From assembly GCA_049975265.1 (NCBI GenBank), contig JBNGDF010000019.1, forward strand, positions 1 to 46,945: a stretch of DNA of 46,945 nucleotides. Direction: 5' to 3'. Both the position numbers and the translations under genes were made by a program. Positions 1 through 9,774 of this stretch are shown here, piece after piece. Each line of letters opens with the position of its first letter. Positions within the stretch are counted from its first letter, which is position 1. The notes beneath the pieces are model-generated. The model ran no database searches, was not told the origin of the DNA, and saw only the letters and a list, made by a program, of their open reading frames with translations. Source of the DNA: Fidelibacterota bacterium. Its GTDB lineage: Bacteria > Fidelibacterota > UBA2242.

Positions 1-835
1 CGAAAATTATACCTGTCCCAATAAAATCGTGACTTTTTCAGGAAACCCTAATTATATCGAAGACATCTCTATGAGATTATGAAGTATACCTGCCTGAATG
101 ACGAAGTCGTGCAAATCTGGAAATGAAAAGTTGCTATAAGATTTGATTTAAGTTGGTTCATTGTGCCCTGGAGAGCAGCGTAAACAAAGCGGCTAAGGAG
201 TTTGATCCGTCCCCGCAAGCACAAGAGTCAGGTCAAGCAGGATTTAAGAGCCCTAAAAGCCACGATGAGGGTTTTTTATAAGATTCAGATCAATCTGCCG
301 GAGATTTCTTCGGGAAAAGAGTTAGGCGATATTCCGCATTATCTCAAAGAGATGTCTTTGACATTATCCCTATCTCATAGAGACGTCTTCGACATTGGTG
401 GAACAATTATCTCAAATATCAGATCACTGCCCGAGATGTTCGCAACGGTTTGATGTATCTGGGATATTCCTACGAGAAAATGACCACCAATGTGGCGGTC
501 TTTACCTATTCACTGGGCTGTCATCTGCTGCGTTGCGGTGTCGATTTGAGTCAGACGGTGTGGCAAAGTGATAACGGGACGGAGTTTATTGACCCCTGGA
601 ATTAGAAACATAGAAAGACACTCTTCCAATAAATTATCCAACACATGCATTCGGAAACACTTCAGATCCCAGTCAGTCGCAAAACCTATAATAGTTACGT
701 GGAAATCGAAATACTGTCTGAATCAAATCCAGCAGATATAGATCCGCATTTAATCGGTATCTTCCCGCCGATTATTATGGATAATCACCTTCGATACATC
801 ACTAAAAGTGGATACCATGTCCCTATATCAGACTC
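1..835 (+). pseudogene. Degenerate IS481-like (integrase-core/DDE) transposase remnant; left end runs off the window
   Basis: Fragments occur in several frames: an HTH-like 'KLVHCALESSVNKAAKEF' (~150-203); 'DLRALK..KIQI..KELGDIPHY' (ORF 202-453); and an integrase core 'KYQITARDVRNG..GYSYE..QSDNGTEF' (414-587). The core is broken by in-frame TAG (603-605) and TAA (630-632), then continues 'IPVSRKTYNSYVE' and C-terminal 'FPPIIMD..GYHVP'. Confidence 0.75.
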
Positions 836-973
836 CATTCATCATCTGTATACTTTTTTATCCTGTCCTAAATCCGTAAATTCACTCGTTATTTTTAGTG
901 GAATTAATACAGTAATTAGTGAGCTTCCAGATGGTACGACAACCCAAATTCCATTGTACAAATCGAGCCGGCT

Positions 974-2251
974 GTGATTAAAATTATTCGCGTTGTAAAG
1001 AACAGTATCTCCGAGAAAGCCGGTATCCGGACGGATGATATACTTATTTCTCTGAATGCCCATGCGATAAACGACCGACTGGATTACTATTTTTTCCAAT
1101 CGGAGGAGGTCGTTGATATCCTGTTTAGCCGACATGACCGGAAGCGGCAGTTGCGGATCGAAAAATCCTGTGAAGAGGATTTGGGTCTGGAACTCGAAGA
1201 TTTCCATCTGAAAGTGTGTTCCAACAACTGCATCTTTTGTTTTATCAAACAGAATCCGCCGGGAATGCGCCGACAGATATATATCTGCGATGAAGATTAC
1301 CGCTTCTCCTTTCTGTTCGGCAATTACATCACGCTGACCGGTATCAGCGATTCGGAATTACAGCGGATTGCAGAGCAGCGACTTTCGCCGCTGTATATCT
1401 CTGTACATGCCACCGATTCGCAGGTGCGCAAGTCGATCTTCCGCTATAAGTCCGACGACCGACTCATGGATAAGATCTCTTTTCTGGTGAAAAACCGGAT
1501 TACACTGCATACACAGGTGGTACTGGTGCCGGGGATCAATGACGGCGACGTGTTGCAGCAGACGATTGACGATCTGTATTCGTTTCGAAAAATGATCAAA
1601 ACGCTGGCTATCGTGCCGGTAGGGCTGACCCGGCATCGTCGGCATTTACCACAAATCGAGCCGGTTTCGCCGGTTCTGGCAGCGGCGTTGGTACGCCAGT
1701 CTTCGAACTGGAACCGCCGGTACCGAAATAGCGAGGGCGATCCCTTTGTCTATCTCGCCGATGAATTTTATCTCTTGGCGGGTGAACCTTTTCCGGCTGT
1801 CTGGGATTACGGTCCCTATTATCAGCTGGAGAACGGCGTTGGATTATGTCGTCAATTCATCGATTCGCTGGAAGAATCCGGCGGAATAAGTGTGGCACGG
1901 TCCAGGAAAATCTGCCTGGTCACCGGAAAGTTGGCGGAACCTCTGCTGCGCAACGTTGCGTTGCCGTATCTGAATAGAATTCCGAATCTGAACGCCGATG
2001 TGATAAGTATTGATAATCACTTTTTTGGACCAACGGTAACCGTGTCGGGTTTGCTCACCGGAGCTGACATTGCCAGGCAATTTCCAAAAAATTCAGAATA
2101 CGATTGTATCTTTTTGCCACCGAACTGTATCAATCAGAATGATTTGTTGCTGGATGATATGAGCGTGGCTGAATTGTCGCATACGTTAAATGTTCCGGTC
2201 AAAATCGGAGATTATGATATTAAACGGGTGGTAAACCAAATTGAAGCGTGA
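974..2251 (+). CDS. PDZ-domain radical-SAM-like Fe-S protein (DUF512 family)
   Basis: N-terminal PDZ-like segment, CxxxCxxC motif (CSNNCIFC), '[16 protein letters not shown]', '[11 protein letters not shown]', 'QLENGVG', 'VTVSGLLTG'; directly upstream of der. Confidence 0.9.
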   Translation: MIKIIRVVKNSISEKAGIRTDDILISLNAHAINDRLDYYFFQSEEVVDILFSRHDRKRQLRIEKSCEEDLGLELEDFHLKVCSNNCIFCFIKQNPPGMRRQIYICDEDYRFSFLFGNYITLTGISDSELQRIAEQRLSPLYISVHATDSQVRKSIFRYKSDDRLMDKISFLVKNRITLHTQVVLVPGINDGDVLQQTIDDLYSFRKMIKTLAIVPVGLTRHRRHLPQIEPVSPVLAAALVRQSSNWNRRYRNSEGDPFVYLADEFYLLAGEPFPAVWDYGPYYQLENGVGLCRQFIDSLEESGGISVARSRKICLVTGKLAEPLLRNVALPYLNRIPNLNADVISIDNHFFGPTVTVSGLLTGADIARQFPKNSEYDCIFLPPNCINQNDLLLDDMSVAELSHTLNVPVKIGDYDIKRVVNQIEA

Positions 2252-3557
2252 ACCGTCAGTTGCCATTATCGGGCGACCGAATGTAGGGAAATCGACCCTG
2301 TTCAATCGAATCGCCCGGAAGCGAAAGTCGATCATTCACCCCCAGGCGGGGATTACCCGCGACCGGATTTATGAAGTGGTTAACTGGTCTGGTTACCAAT
2401 TCCGTTTGATCGACACCGGCGGTTATATTCCGGAAAGTCGTGATACGATCGAGAGTGCCATCAGGGCGCAGGTCGAGCTGGCGATTCAGGAAGCTGATCT
2501 GATTCTTTTTCTGGTGGATGTCCATGACCAGATAACGCCCATGGATAACCAGATCGCCGAAATGCTTCGCGCAACCGCCAAGCCTATTATTTTGGTTGCC
2601 AATAAGTGCGATGATGAGAAACGCGAAAACAGCCGCTTTGAGTTTTTCAAACTGGGCTTTGGGGAGGTGTTTCCTATTTCCGCTCAGAACGGTCGCCGGA
2701 TCGGTGATCTTCTGGACCTGATTCTTGAAAAATTACCCGGCGAGACGCCGGAAGAGCAGGAAAAGTCGGACCATCTGCGACTGGCTATCGTCGGGATGCC
2801 CAATGCCGGCAAATCGTCGATTGTCAATGCAATTCTCGGTGTTGAAAAGCATATTGTCACGGAGATTCCGGGTACCACCCGGGATTCAATCGACTCGGAA
2901 ATTAAATATTCCGGGGAACCGGTCACCCTGATTGATACCGCCGGTTTGCGTAAAAAGAGCAGGATCAAAGACAGTGTCGAATTCTACAGCAGTGTGCGGA
3001 CCGACCGTGCAATCGAGCGCTGCAATGTTGTGGTTCTTGTTATTGATGCGCTGAAAGGTTTCAACCGTCAGGACGCCCATATTGTGCGCAGCATTCTGGA
3101 CCGGAAAAAGGGGCTGGTCATCGCCGTTAATAAGTGGGACCTGATTGAGAAGGACGCCAAGACGCTGAAATATTTCCGGCAGGATATAGTCGATCGTTTC
3201 CCGGAAATTGCCCACTATCCGGTGATCTTCATCTCGGCGTTGACAAAACAGCGGATCGGGCAGATCCTGAAAACCGCCACCTCGGTTTATCGGTCCATGG
3301 CACAGCGCATTCCGACCAATCGGCTCAATAAATATTTTCAGGAGGTCGTTTCCCGCACACCGCCGCCGGCAACGGTGGGAAAATATATCCAGATTAAATA
3401 CGTCACCCAGGTTAAGACAAATCCGCCGGTAATTCTGTTCTTTTGCAATGATCCGAAAAATATCAAAGAAGGTTATCGTCGTTTTCTGGAGAATCAGTTG
3501 CGCAAAGAGTTTGATTTCACCGGTACACCGGTGACGCTGCTGTTTCGGCAGAAATAA
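2241..3557 (+). CDS. der: Ribosome biogenesis GTPase Der/EngA
   Basis: Two GTPase domains ([32 protein letters not shown]) and a C-terminal KH-like domain; TTG start overlaps the upstream gene. Confidence 0.97.
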   Translation: MKREPSVAIIGRPNVGKSTLFNRIARKRKSIIHPQAGITRDRIYEVVNWSGYQFRLIDTGGYIPESRDTIESAIRAQVELAIQEADLILFLVDVHDQITPMDNQIAEMLRATAKPIILVANKCDDEKRENSRFEFFKLGFGEVFPISAQNGRRIGDLLDLILEKLPGETPEEQEKSDHLRLAIVGMPNAGKSSIVNAILGVEKHIVTEIPGTTRDSIDSEIKYSGEPVTLIDTAGLRKKSRIKDSVEFYSSVRTDRAIERCNVVVLVIDALKGFNRQDAHIVRSILDRKKGLVIAVNKWDLIEKDAKTLKYFRQDIVDRFPEIAHYPVIFISALTKQRIGQILKTATSVYRSMAQRIPTNRLNKYFQEVVSRTPPPATVGKYIQIKYVTQVKTNPPVILFFCNDPKNIKEGYRRFLENQLRKEFDFTGTPVTLLFRQK

Positions 3558-3560
3558 TGT

Positions 3561-5231
3561 ATGATCATGGTAGCAATTATAGTAACTCTTCTGGTTTTCA
3601 CAGGTGCCCTGTTCCCGGCGGATGATTCCCATAACGCAATCATGGCATATCTCCAGTCCATCAACCCGGCAGAATCGACCAAATCTTATGGAACGCAACC
3701 GATCAAATCGCTGCTGATCCACCCGAGTCAGCGGGAAAAACTGCTGGGGAAAGCCCAATTTTCCCGGCCGAATCTGGATAATGAGCAGCTCTATTATAGT
3801 CCGGAGGAGCACTTTTTATTTCACTATACGGAAACCGGTTACCATGCCGTTGATCCGCTATCCACCAATGCCGACGGTGTGCCGGATTATATTTTTGAAG
3901 CCGCTCTGGCAGCGGAATACGCCTACCGGATTTTGATGGATACCCTCGGTTTTGACCCGCCACCTGTGGACGATCCCGCCGCACCGGAAACGGATATCTA
4001 CGTGATGAATCTGGGTGGCAGTGCCTACGCTTACACCTACAATGAAAACGAGGTTGTTTCCACCAGCCGAACCGCTGACTGGACCGCGTACACGACGATC
4101 GATAACGATTACAGCGAGACGGGGTATCACACCAGAGGGTTGAACGGAATGCGGGTGACTATTGCCCATGAATATTTTCATGTGGTGCAATTAGGCTATA
4201 ACTGGCATTGGGAAAATGATCTACCGGGGAGCGACGGTGACACCTATTTTTTAGAATGGTCGTCCACCTGGTTTGAGGAGCGGGCGTATCCGGAAGTGAA
4301 TGATTATGTGCAATATGTCAATGACTTTTTTCTGAATCCGACCCGCTCGATCTGGCACAGCAGCTATGCCTATGCCCTGGGTCCTTTTATTGCCTATCTG
4401 ATTGATATTTATGATGACGGGCGATTGATTCAGAATGTTTGGGAAAAGATCAAGAGTCAGTATGCGCTGCAGGCGCTGATGGAACTGATCGGCGAATTTG
4501 GCGGGGATCTGCCCGCTCAGTACAACGGTTTTATGGCTGCCTGTTACTATACGGGTGACCGCTATGACGAGCAGTATGCCGTTTCTCCCGACGCCCGGCT
4601 TTTTCCGGAATTGGCGCTGATGAGCCGGTCCTTTGCCGATAATTTGCAGATCGAAGGCTCGCTCAATCCCATGGCGACCGTGCCGTATGCGGTTTCGTTT
4701 ACGACGAACCAGTTTTTAAATTTAGAGGTCAAGTCACCGGCGAAGGGGGAGTTTAAAGGCAGTTATCTGATTGATCAATATTCGGCGGGCGATTTTTTTC
4801 GCAAATTTGCCGATCAAACGGATATCTTTGTCGGAGAGACCAGAGTCGGAGATCGGTTCGCTCTCTTTGTAACCAATACTTCCACGGAGCAGAGCCAAGA
4901 CCTGATTCTGAGTCTGAAAACCACGGAAACATTCCCGACGAAAATACTGGAGCTCTGGGCAAATCCCTATTCCAGTCAGCGCCAGGAATCGCTGAAATTT
5001 CATCTGCAACTGGGAAAATTTGTCGACAGACTGGAATTCCGGGTCTATAATCTGCTCGGGCAACAGGTTTACAGCCGTGTTATTGATGTGGAAAACCTCA
5101 GTCCGGGAATTTTGCGTTTTGAAATTGCGTCTGCGGAGCTGGCAGTCCGCAATATCAGCTCCGGGATCTATTTTTTATCCGTATCAACCGATAAGAATGA
5201 ACTGGTTCGCAAATTTACAATCATCAATTAA
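3561..5231 (+). CDS. Secreted zinc metalloprotease (MXAN_6640-like) with T9SS type-A C-terminal sorting domain
   Basis: Signal peptide; 'AHEYFHVVQ' HEXXH with downstream 'LEWSSTWFEE'; C-terminus 'VYNLLGQQV..SSGIYFL..RKF'. Confidence 0.75.
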   Translation: MIMVAIIVTLLVFTGALFPADDSHNAIMAYLQSINPAESTKSYGTQPIKSLLIHPSQREKLLGKAQFSRPNLDNEQLYYSPEEHFLFHYTETGYHAVDPLSTNADGVPDYIFEAALAAEYAYRILMDTLGFDPPPVDDPAAPETDIYVMNLGGSAYAYTYNENEVVSTSRTADWTAYTTIDNDYSETGYHTRGLNGMRVTIAHEYFHVVQLGYNWHWENDLPGSDGDTYFLEWSSTWFEERAYPEVNDYVQYVNDFFLNPTRSIWHSSYAYALGPFIAYLIDIYDDGRLIQNVWEKIKSQYALQALMELIGEFGGDLPAQYNGFMAACYYTGDRYDEQYAVSPDARLFPELALMSRSFADNLQIEGSLNPMATVPYAVSFTTNQFLNLEVKSPAKGEFKGSYLIDQYSAGDFFRKFADQTDIFVGETRVGDRFALFVTNTSTEQSQDLILSLKTTETFPTKILELWANPYSSQRQESLKFHLQLGKFVDRLEFRVYNLLGQQVYSRVIDVENLSPGILRFEIASAELAVRNISSGIYFLSVSTDKNELVRKFTIIN

Positions 5232-5243
5232 TGGTGCGTTCCA

Positions 5244-5855
5244 TTGCCATATCGCATTAAAAAGCCGTCGGAGGTAGTCCACAAAGTAAAGGGCTCAAAA
5301 TTCATTGCCCGGGTTTATCCGGTTACGTCCCGGGAAGAAGCCCGGAAAGTGGTGATGGATGCGGAGGTGGAGCATCGCAAAGCCACCCATGTCTGCTGGG
5401 CTTGTCGGATAGTCCGAAATGGGGAGTGTTTTGGCTACAGCTCCGACGCCGGCGAACCAACCGGTTCGGCAGGACCGCCGATTTTGGCGGAGATTGAGAT
5501 GCGGGATCTGGTGAATGTGCTCTGTGTCGTGATCCGCTATTTCGGGGGGACAAAATTGGGTATTGGCGGTCTGATTCGCGCCTACGGCACGGCGGCGGCG
5601 GAAGCACTCCGGACAGCCGGACGGCAGAGACATGTGCCGCTGTTGACAGTCACAATCCGCTGTGATCCCGGACAGTATTCAGACCTAATGCGAATTATTC
5701 GTAAATACCGTCTGCCGGTCCAACCCGAATACGACATTCGGAGTGTAGTGATTACCCTGAAGTTACCGGCGGCGGTATTGGAGCGGTTGCAAGCCGAGGT
5801 AGTAGCGCTGGAATCCGCGACATTGATGGTGATATCGGAAGACGCAACAGAATGA
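5244..5855 (+). CDS. yigZ: YigZ/IMPACT family protein
   Basis: 'KGSKFIA', 'ATHVCWA', 'SSDAGEPTGSAG.PIL', 'RYFGGTKLGIGGLIRAY'. Confidence 0.92.
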   Translation: MPYRIKKPSEVVHKVKGSKFIARVYPVTSREEARKVVMDAEVEHRKATHVCWACRIVRNGECFGYSSDAGEPTGSAGPPILAEIEMRDLVNVLCVVIRYFGGTKLGIGGLIRAYGTAAAEALRTAGRQRHVPLLTVTIRCDPGQYSDLMRIIRKYRLPVQPEYDIRSVVITLKLPAAVLERLQAEVVALESATLMVISEDATE

Positions 5856-6037
5856 AAATATCCTGCAATGGTACGATGTTTTTAGAACCGTGATAATCAC
5901 GGTGGGCACCTCTCGGACGGTTCAAGTTTCCCCGACGAGGGGGCATGCTTTCCGCGCCCGAAGTCCAGCTCCCATATTTAAGGTGTTGGTTCTAAAATAT
6001 AGGATTTACCATTGCAGGATACATTTCAAAGACCTCA
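5853..6037 (-). ncRNA. ssrS: 6S RNA
   Basis: Long hairpin with a 15-bp perfect terminal stem (5859-5873/6007-6021) and a 10-bp stem UUUUAGAACC/GGUUCUAAAA (5988-5997/5880-5889) flanking a central bubble. The minus strand carries 6S-like motifs 'GAACCAACAC..GGGAGC..GCCCACC..GGUUC'. A sigma70-like promoter lies immediately upstream. Confidence 0.85.
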
Positions 6038-6043
6038 AATATC

Positions 6044-6072
6044 AATATAAATCATTGGTCGCTAAGCTTCAA
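6044..6072 (-). promoter_or_regulatory. Sigma70-type promoter of the 6S RNA
   Basis: TTGAAG (6072-6067), 17 nt spacer, TATATT (6049-6044). Confidence 0.6.
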
Positions 6073-6111
6073 GCCCTTTCTGTAAAATTTTTATGAAAAT
6101 GGCGGGAATTA

Positions 6112-6906
6112 TTATTCGGAAGATTTTTCAGCCAGACGAATTTCGTTCCAGATTTCGTCCATTTCCTCCAGTGAGGCATCTTTAAGACTGCGCTTTTTTT
6201 CCTGTAAGCGCTTTTCGATAATCTGAAACCGTTTGACGAATTTCCGGGATGTATCGGTCAGCGCTTTTTCGGGATTTATATCCAGGAAGCGGGAGAGATT
6301 GACCAGTGAAAAGAGAATGTCGCCGAATTCAATGTTGGTCGCCGCCCGATCGGAGTGCTCCAATGCAGTTTTCAGTTCATCGATCTCTTCCTGGACTTTT
6401 TCCCAGACGAAGTCTATCCGGTCCCAATCAAAGCCGACTTCCGCCGCCCGCTCCTGTATCCGGCGGGCGAGAAGCAGTGCCGGCATGCTCTTGGGCAAGC
6501 CCTCCATCAGCGATGTACGTCCTTCTCTGAGTTTAATCTGTTCCCAGTTCTGTTTGATCTCCCGTACATTTTCGACCTGGACATCGCCGAACACGTGAGG
6601 ATGACGACGTTCCAGCTTGTCGCAGATATTTTTCAGGGAGTCAACCAATGAAAAGCGATTGTTTTCTTCGGCAATGTCGGCCTGAAAGACGATATGAAGC
6701 AGCAGATCGCCTAACTCCTCTTGCAGCTTTGTGTGGTTATTTTCGTGGATTGCTTCGATGGTTTCGTAGGCTTCTTCAAGTAAATAGGGTGTCAGTGATA
6801 CCGGACTCTGGGCGCGGTCCCAGGCACATCCGGCGGGTCCCCGCAGAGTTTTAACAATCCGAATCAGGCGTACAAATTGTTCAATGAGTTGTGAGTCGTC
6901 TGCCAT
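6112..6906 (-). CDS. mazG: Nucleoside triphosphate pyrophosphohydrolase MazG
   Basis: 'GCAWDRAQ', 'LLEEAYE', 'EELGDLLL', 'RRHPHVF', 'GFDW', 'EFGDILF'; tandem MazG domains. Confidence 0.95.
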   Translation of the reverse strand: MADDSQLIEQFVRLIRIVKTLRGPAGCAWDRAQSPVSLTPYLLEEAYETIEAIHENNHTKLQEELGDLLLHIVFQADIAEENNRFSLVDSLKNICDKLERRHPHVFGDVQVENVREIKQNWEQIKLREGRTSLMEGLPKSMPALLLARRIQERAAEVGFDWDRIDFVWEKVQEEIDELKTALEHSDRAATNIEFGDILFSLVNLSRFLDINPEKALTDTSRKFVKRFQIIEKRLQEKKRSLKDASLEEMDEIWNEIRLAEKSSE

Positions 6907-6911
6907 GTTGG

Positions 6912-7364
6912 TTACTGTCGGTGAAAAATGCGATAAAGGTATTTGGGATGAATTTTGTCCAGATATGCCTGTTGGCGCTGTTCCATGCGTGTTCGCCCCG
7001 TCGCAGTGTTGTCTTCATACCCGATCAGGTGCAATAAGCTATGGATAAGGACCAGCATCAATTCACTCCTGAAACTGCTATTGTATTGAGCGGCGTTTTC
7101 CTGAATTCGGTCGATGCTTAGATAGATTTCACCCTCAATCGGCTGACCCGGTTCATTATAGTTAAAGCTGATTGTATCGGTGAAAACATCATCCTGGAAA
7201 TACCGTTTTTTCAGGGCATTGAGGTCTTTGTCGCCGGTGACGATCACCTGGACGCTTTTAAGATAGGCATTTTCAGCGGCAGCGATATTCCTGAAAATGA
7301 CATTCACAGCCGGAGCAAGCAGCTGAAAGTCTGGATAGCGATTAATAATGAAATTGGCGGGCAT
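6912..7364 (-). CDS. ybeY: rRNA maturation endoribonuclease YbeY
   Basis: 'TDTISF', 'GEIYLS', 'IHSLLHLIGYED'; follows the 7TM-HD gene, as is usual. Confidence 0.9.
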   Translation of the reverse strand: MPANFIINRYPDFQLLAPAVNVIFRNIAAAENAYLKSVQVIVTGDKDLNALKKRYFQDDVFTDTISFNYNEPGQPIEGEIYLSIDRIQENAAQYNSSFRSELMLVLIHSLLHLIGYEDNTATGRTRMEQRQQAYLDKIHPKYLYRIFHRQ

Positions 7365-9757
7365 CAGGAGCGGGCTTTGCCGGATTTGGGTTTGGTGGAT
7401 TTACTGCCCAGTTCTTTGTCCTGACCGGGATACTCGACGCGTAAGTGGTGGATGCCTTTGAGAATCGGCAAAATTCCCGTATTGGTCTTGATGTCGCCTT
7501 TGATCTTTTTCAGATCGGCGAATGTCAGCGGGCACTCATCCAGTTGCCCCTCCAGGAGCCGGTTACTGATGATCGAGTCGATGATTTTTTCGATATTATT
7601 GAGAGTCGGTTTTTCCAGTGACCGCGAAGCAGCTTCGATGGTTTCGCAGATCATCACAATACCGGTTTCCCTGGTATGAGGTTTTGGTCCTGGATAGCGG
7701 AAGTCACTGTCGTTTATGGCTGTTTCCCCGCCGGCGATCTCTTTGGCTTTATTGTAAAAATACTCGACGCGGGTGGTGCCATGGTGGGTGGGGATAAAAT
7801 CGACGATAGCTTTGGGGAGTTTATACTCTTTGGCGAGTCGTAATCCCTCTTTGATGTGGTTGATTATGATCAGAGCGCTGAGATTGGGCGCCAGATTGTC
7901 GTGTTTATTACTGTCATAGGCTTGATTCTCAATGAAATATTCCGGTTTTGTTATCTTGCCGATGTCGTGATAGTAAGCGCCGACCCTTGCCAAGAGAGCA
8001 TTGGCACCGATGGCATCGGCTGCCGCTTCTGCCAGATTCCCCACAGTGACGCAGTGGGTAAAAGTGCCGGTCGCCTCTTTCGAAAGAGCCTTCAGCAGGG
8101 GGTGATTAAAGTCCGCCAGCTCCAGTAGTGTCAGATCGGTGGTTATCCCGAATCCCATTTCCAGTATGCTGATCAAGCCGTAGGCGAAAAAGGGTGACAG
8201 GATGGCGTTGATACTGGCAAAGGTCAGAATATCCGTTATTTCGGTCATGGAGGAGTATTTCAGCAATTCATTGACGCTGATGCTGATCAGATATCCGATT
8301 AAGAGGTAAACGACGGATTGAAAGACCTGGCTGCGTTTGCGCAGTTTGCGAACGGAATAGATAGCGAAGGAGTTCACAAATACCGATGCAATGATGAAAT
8401 CGAGACTACCGCGCAGCTGGGCACCGATGATCAGGGTGATCGTCGCGGCACCGACAAAGGCGATTCGGCTGTCGAAAAGTATGGTCAGAGTCATGGCGGC
8501 GATGGTAATCGGAATGGCAAATTCTGAAAGACCGAATTTTTGGACGAAGATGGCGGTAAATCCCGACTCGATAATAAAGATAATGCCCAGCAACAAAACC
8601 ATTTTCGGTTCCCTGACGAGGGAGTGGCGGTAGGAGAGCAGGAAAGTGATAAAAAAGAAGACAATGATGGTAATCAGGCAGATCTGACCCAGAAATATAA
8701 GCGGGTCGCCGATCACCGGCAGACTTTTCCGCAAGCCTCCCCGAATATTCGCCCGGCGGACGCGCTCCTTGGACATGGACTCCAGTTTCCTGAAAATTTC
8801 GGGGGTAATTTTGGTATTGGCGTCCACGATTTTTTCATTTTCGAGGACAATTCCTTTGCTGATTGGAACCTTGTTGATGGCTTCCTGCTGACGCGCTTCG
8901 GTTATCTCCTTTTGATAAATCAGGTTGGGCTTCAGAAACTGGATGATAATTTCGTAGCCCGTGTTGATGATTCTGGAATCCTGCTCCGGATATTTGGCTT
9001 GCAAAGTCAATTTAGCCGTGGTCCAGGCATCTTCCAGGGTCAGCAACTGGTCAATCTGTTCCAGAAATTCTTCATTGTTCTGCTGAATGGAGACCTGGTT
9101 GCTGATAATAGCCTCTTTGGATATGTCGATGATCAGTCGTCCGTACAGATCGCTGAGAATCTGTTTCAACTGCGGAAAGAAGTTATTCGGAGAAATGACC
9201 TCAGCAGTCTCTTTTTTCCGTTCGTGAAGCAGCTGCTTATACACCAGGGAATTTTCGTCAAAAGGGTAATTGTTATATAATTGCGTCAGTAGATTTTTAT
9301 AGGAAATCGAGTCCGTCTGGACCATGGATTGAATTTCATCGAAGCGCTTGGAATAGCGGTAACGCTCCAGCAATTTTATGGAATCTTCGTATTTGGTTTT
9401 TGCCGTGTAGACCTTTTCCAGATCATCGAAAAAGGCTTTCAGATTGGCTAGTTCGGTGGTTTCAATTTCCCGGTTCATTTTGAAGACGAACGGGACCTTT
9501 TTCAGGGCTTCATTGCGGTCTCTGGCTAACTCTTCATCGGATTTGAGAATCGGGAAATCAAAGGGTGCAATGATGGTAGAACGGGTAATGTCATTGATTT
9601 TATAACTGTAAACACTGTAGCGGTTTTTGGGGAACAGCAGTGCGATAACGAGAATTGTCAGAAAAGCCGTTAAAACCGACCACCGTTTGCGTCGTTTTGT
9701 CGTTTGGGCGTCTAGGCGGTCGCTCTCTTTCGTGCTGAGAAAATTTAGGTTAGCCAC
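7364..9757 (-). CDS. 7TM-HD (HDIG) phosphohydrolase, PgpH-like
   Basis: N-terminal TM, large extracytoplasmic domain, about 7 TM helices, HD domain 'GTFTHC..VGAYYHDIGK..YFIENQ..HHGT..FRYPGPKP'. Confidence 0.88.
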   Translation of the reverse strand: MANLNFLSTKESDRLDAQTTKRRKRWSVLTAFLTILVIALLFPKNRYSVYSYKINDITRSTIIAPFDFPILKSDEELARDRNEALKKVPFVFKMNREIETTELANLKAFFDDLEKVYTAKTKYEDSIKLLERYRYSKRFDEIQSMVQTDSISYKNLLTQLYNNYPFDENSLVYKQLLHERKKETAEVISPNNFFPQLKQILSDLYGRLIIDISKEAIISNQVSIQQNNEEFLEQIDQLLTLEDAWTTAKLTLQAKYPEQDSRIINTGYEIIIQFLKPNLIYQKEITEARQQEAINKVPISKGIVLENEKIVDANTKITPEIFRKLESMSKERVRRANIRGGLRKSLPVIGDPLIFLGQICLITIIVFFFITFLLSYRHSLVREPKMVLLLGIIFIIESGFTAIFVQKFGLSEFAIPITIAAMTLTILFDSRIAFVGAATITLIIGAQLRGSLDFIIASVFVNSFAIYSVRKLRKRSQVFQSVVYLLIGYLISISVNELLKYSSMTEITDILTFASINAILSPFFAYGLISILEMGFGITTDLTLLELADFNHPLLKALSKEATGTFTHCVTVGNLAEAAADAIGANALLARVGAYYHDIGKITKPEYFIENQAYDSNKHDNLAPNLSALIIINHIKEGLRLAKEYKLPKAIVDFIPTHHGTTRVEYFYNKAKEIAGGETAINDSDFRYPGPKPHTRETGIVMICETIEAASRSLEKPTLNNIEKIIDSIISNRLLEGQLDECPLTFADLKKIKGDIKTNTGILPILKGIHHLRVEYPGQDKELGSKSTKPKSGKARS

Positions 9758-9774
9758 GCTTTATCATCTCCGAT

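Noticed and set aside
5859..6021. MITE interpretation of the 15-bp terminal inverted repeat
   Set aside because: Internal 6S-like motifs, a central bubble and a correctly placed promoter fit 6S RNA better; no target-site duplication is evident.
5890..6096. 68-aa + strand ORF
   Set aside because: Lies antisense to the 6S RNA and its promoter; no protein-like features.
7005..7050. YbeY third zinc ligand His replaced by Asp (GYED)
   Set aside because: This variant is common in FCB-group YbeY proteins and is not evidence of inactivation.
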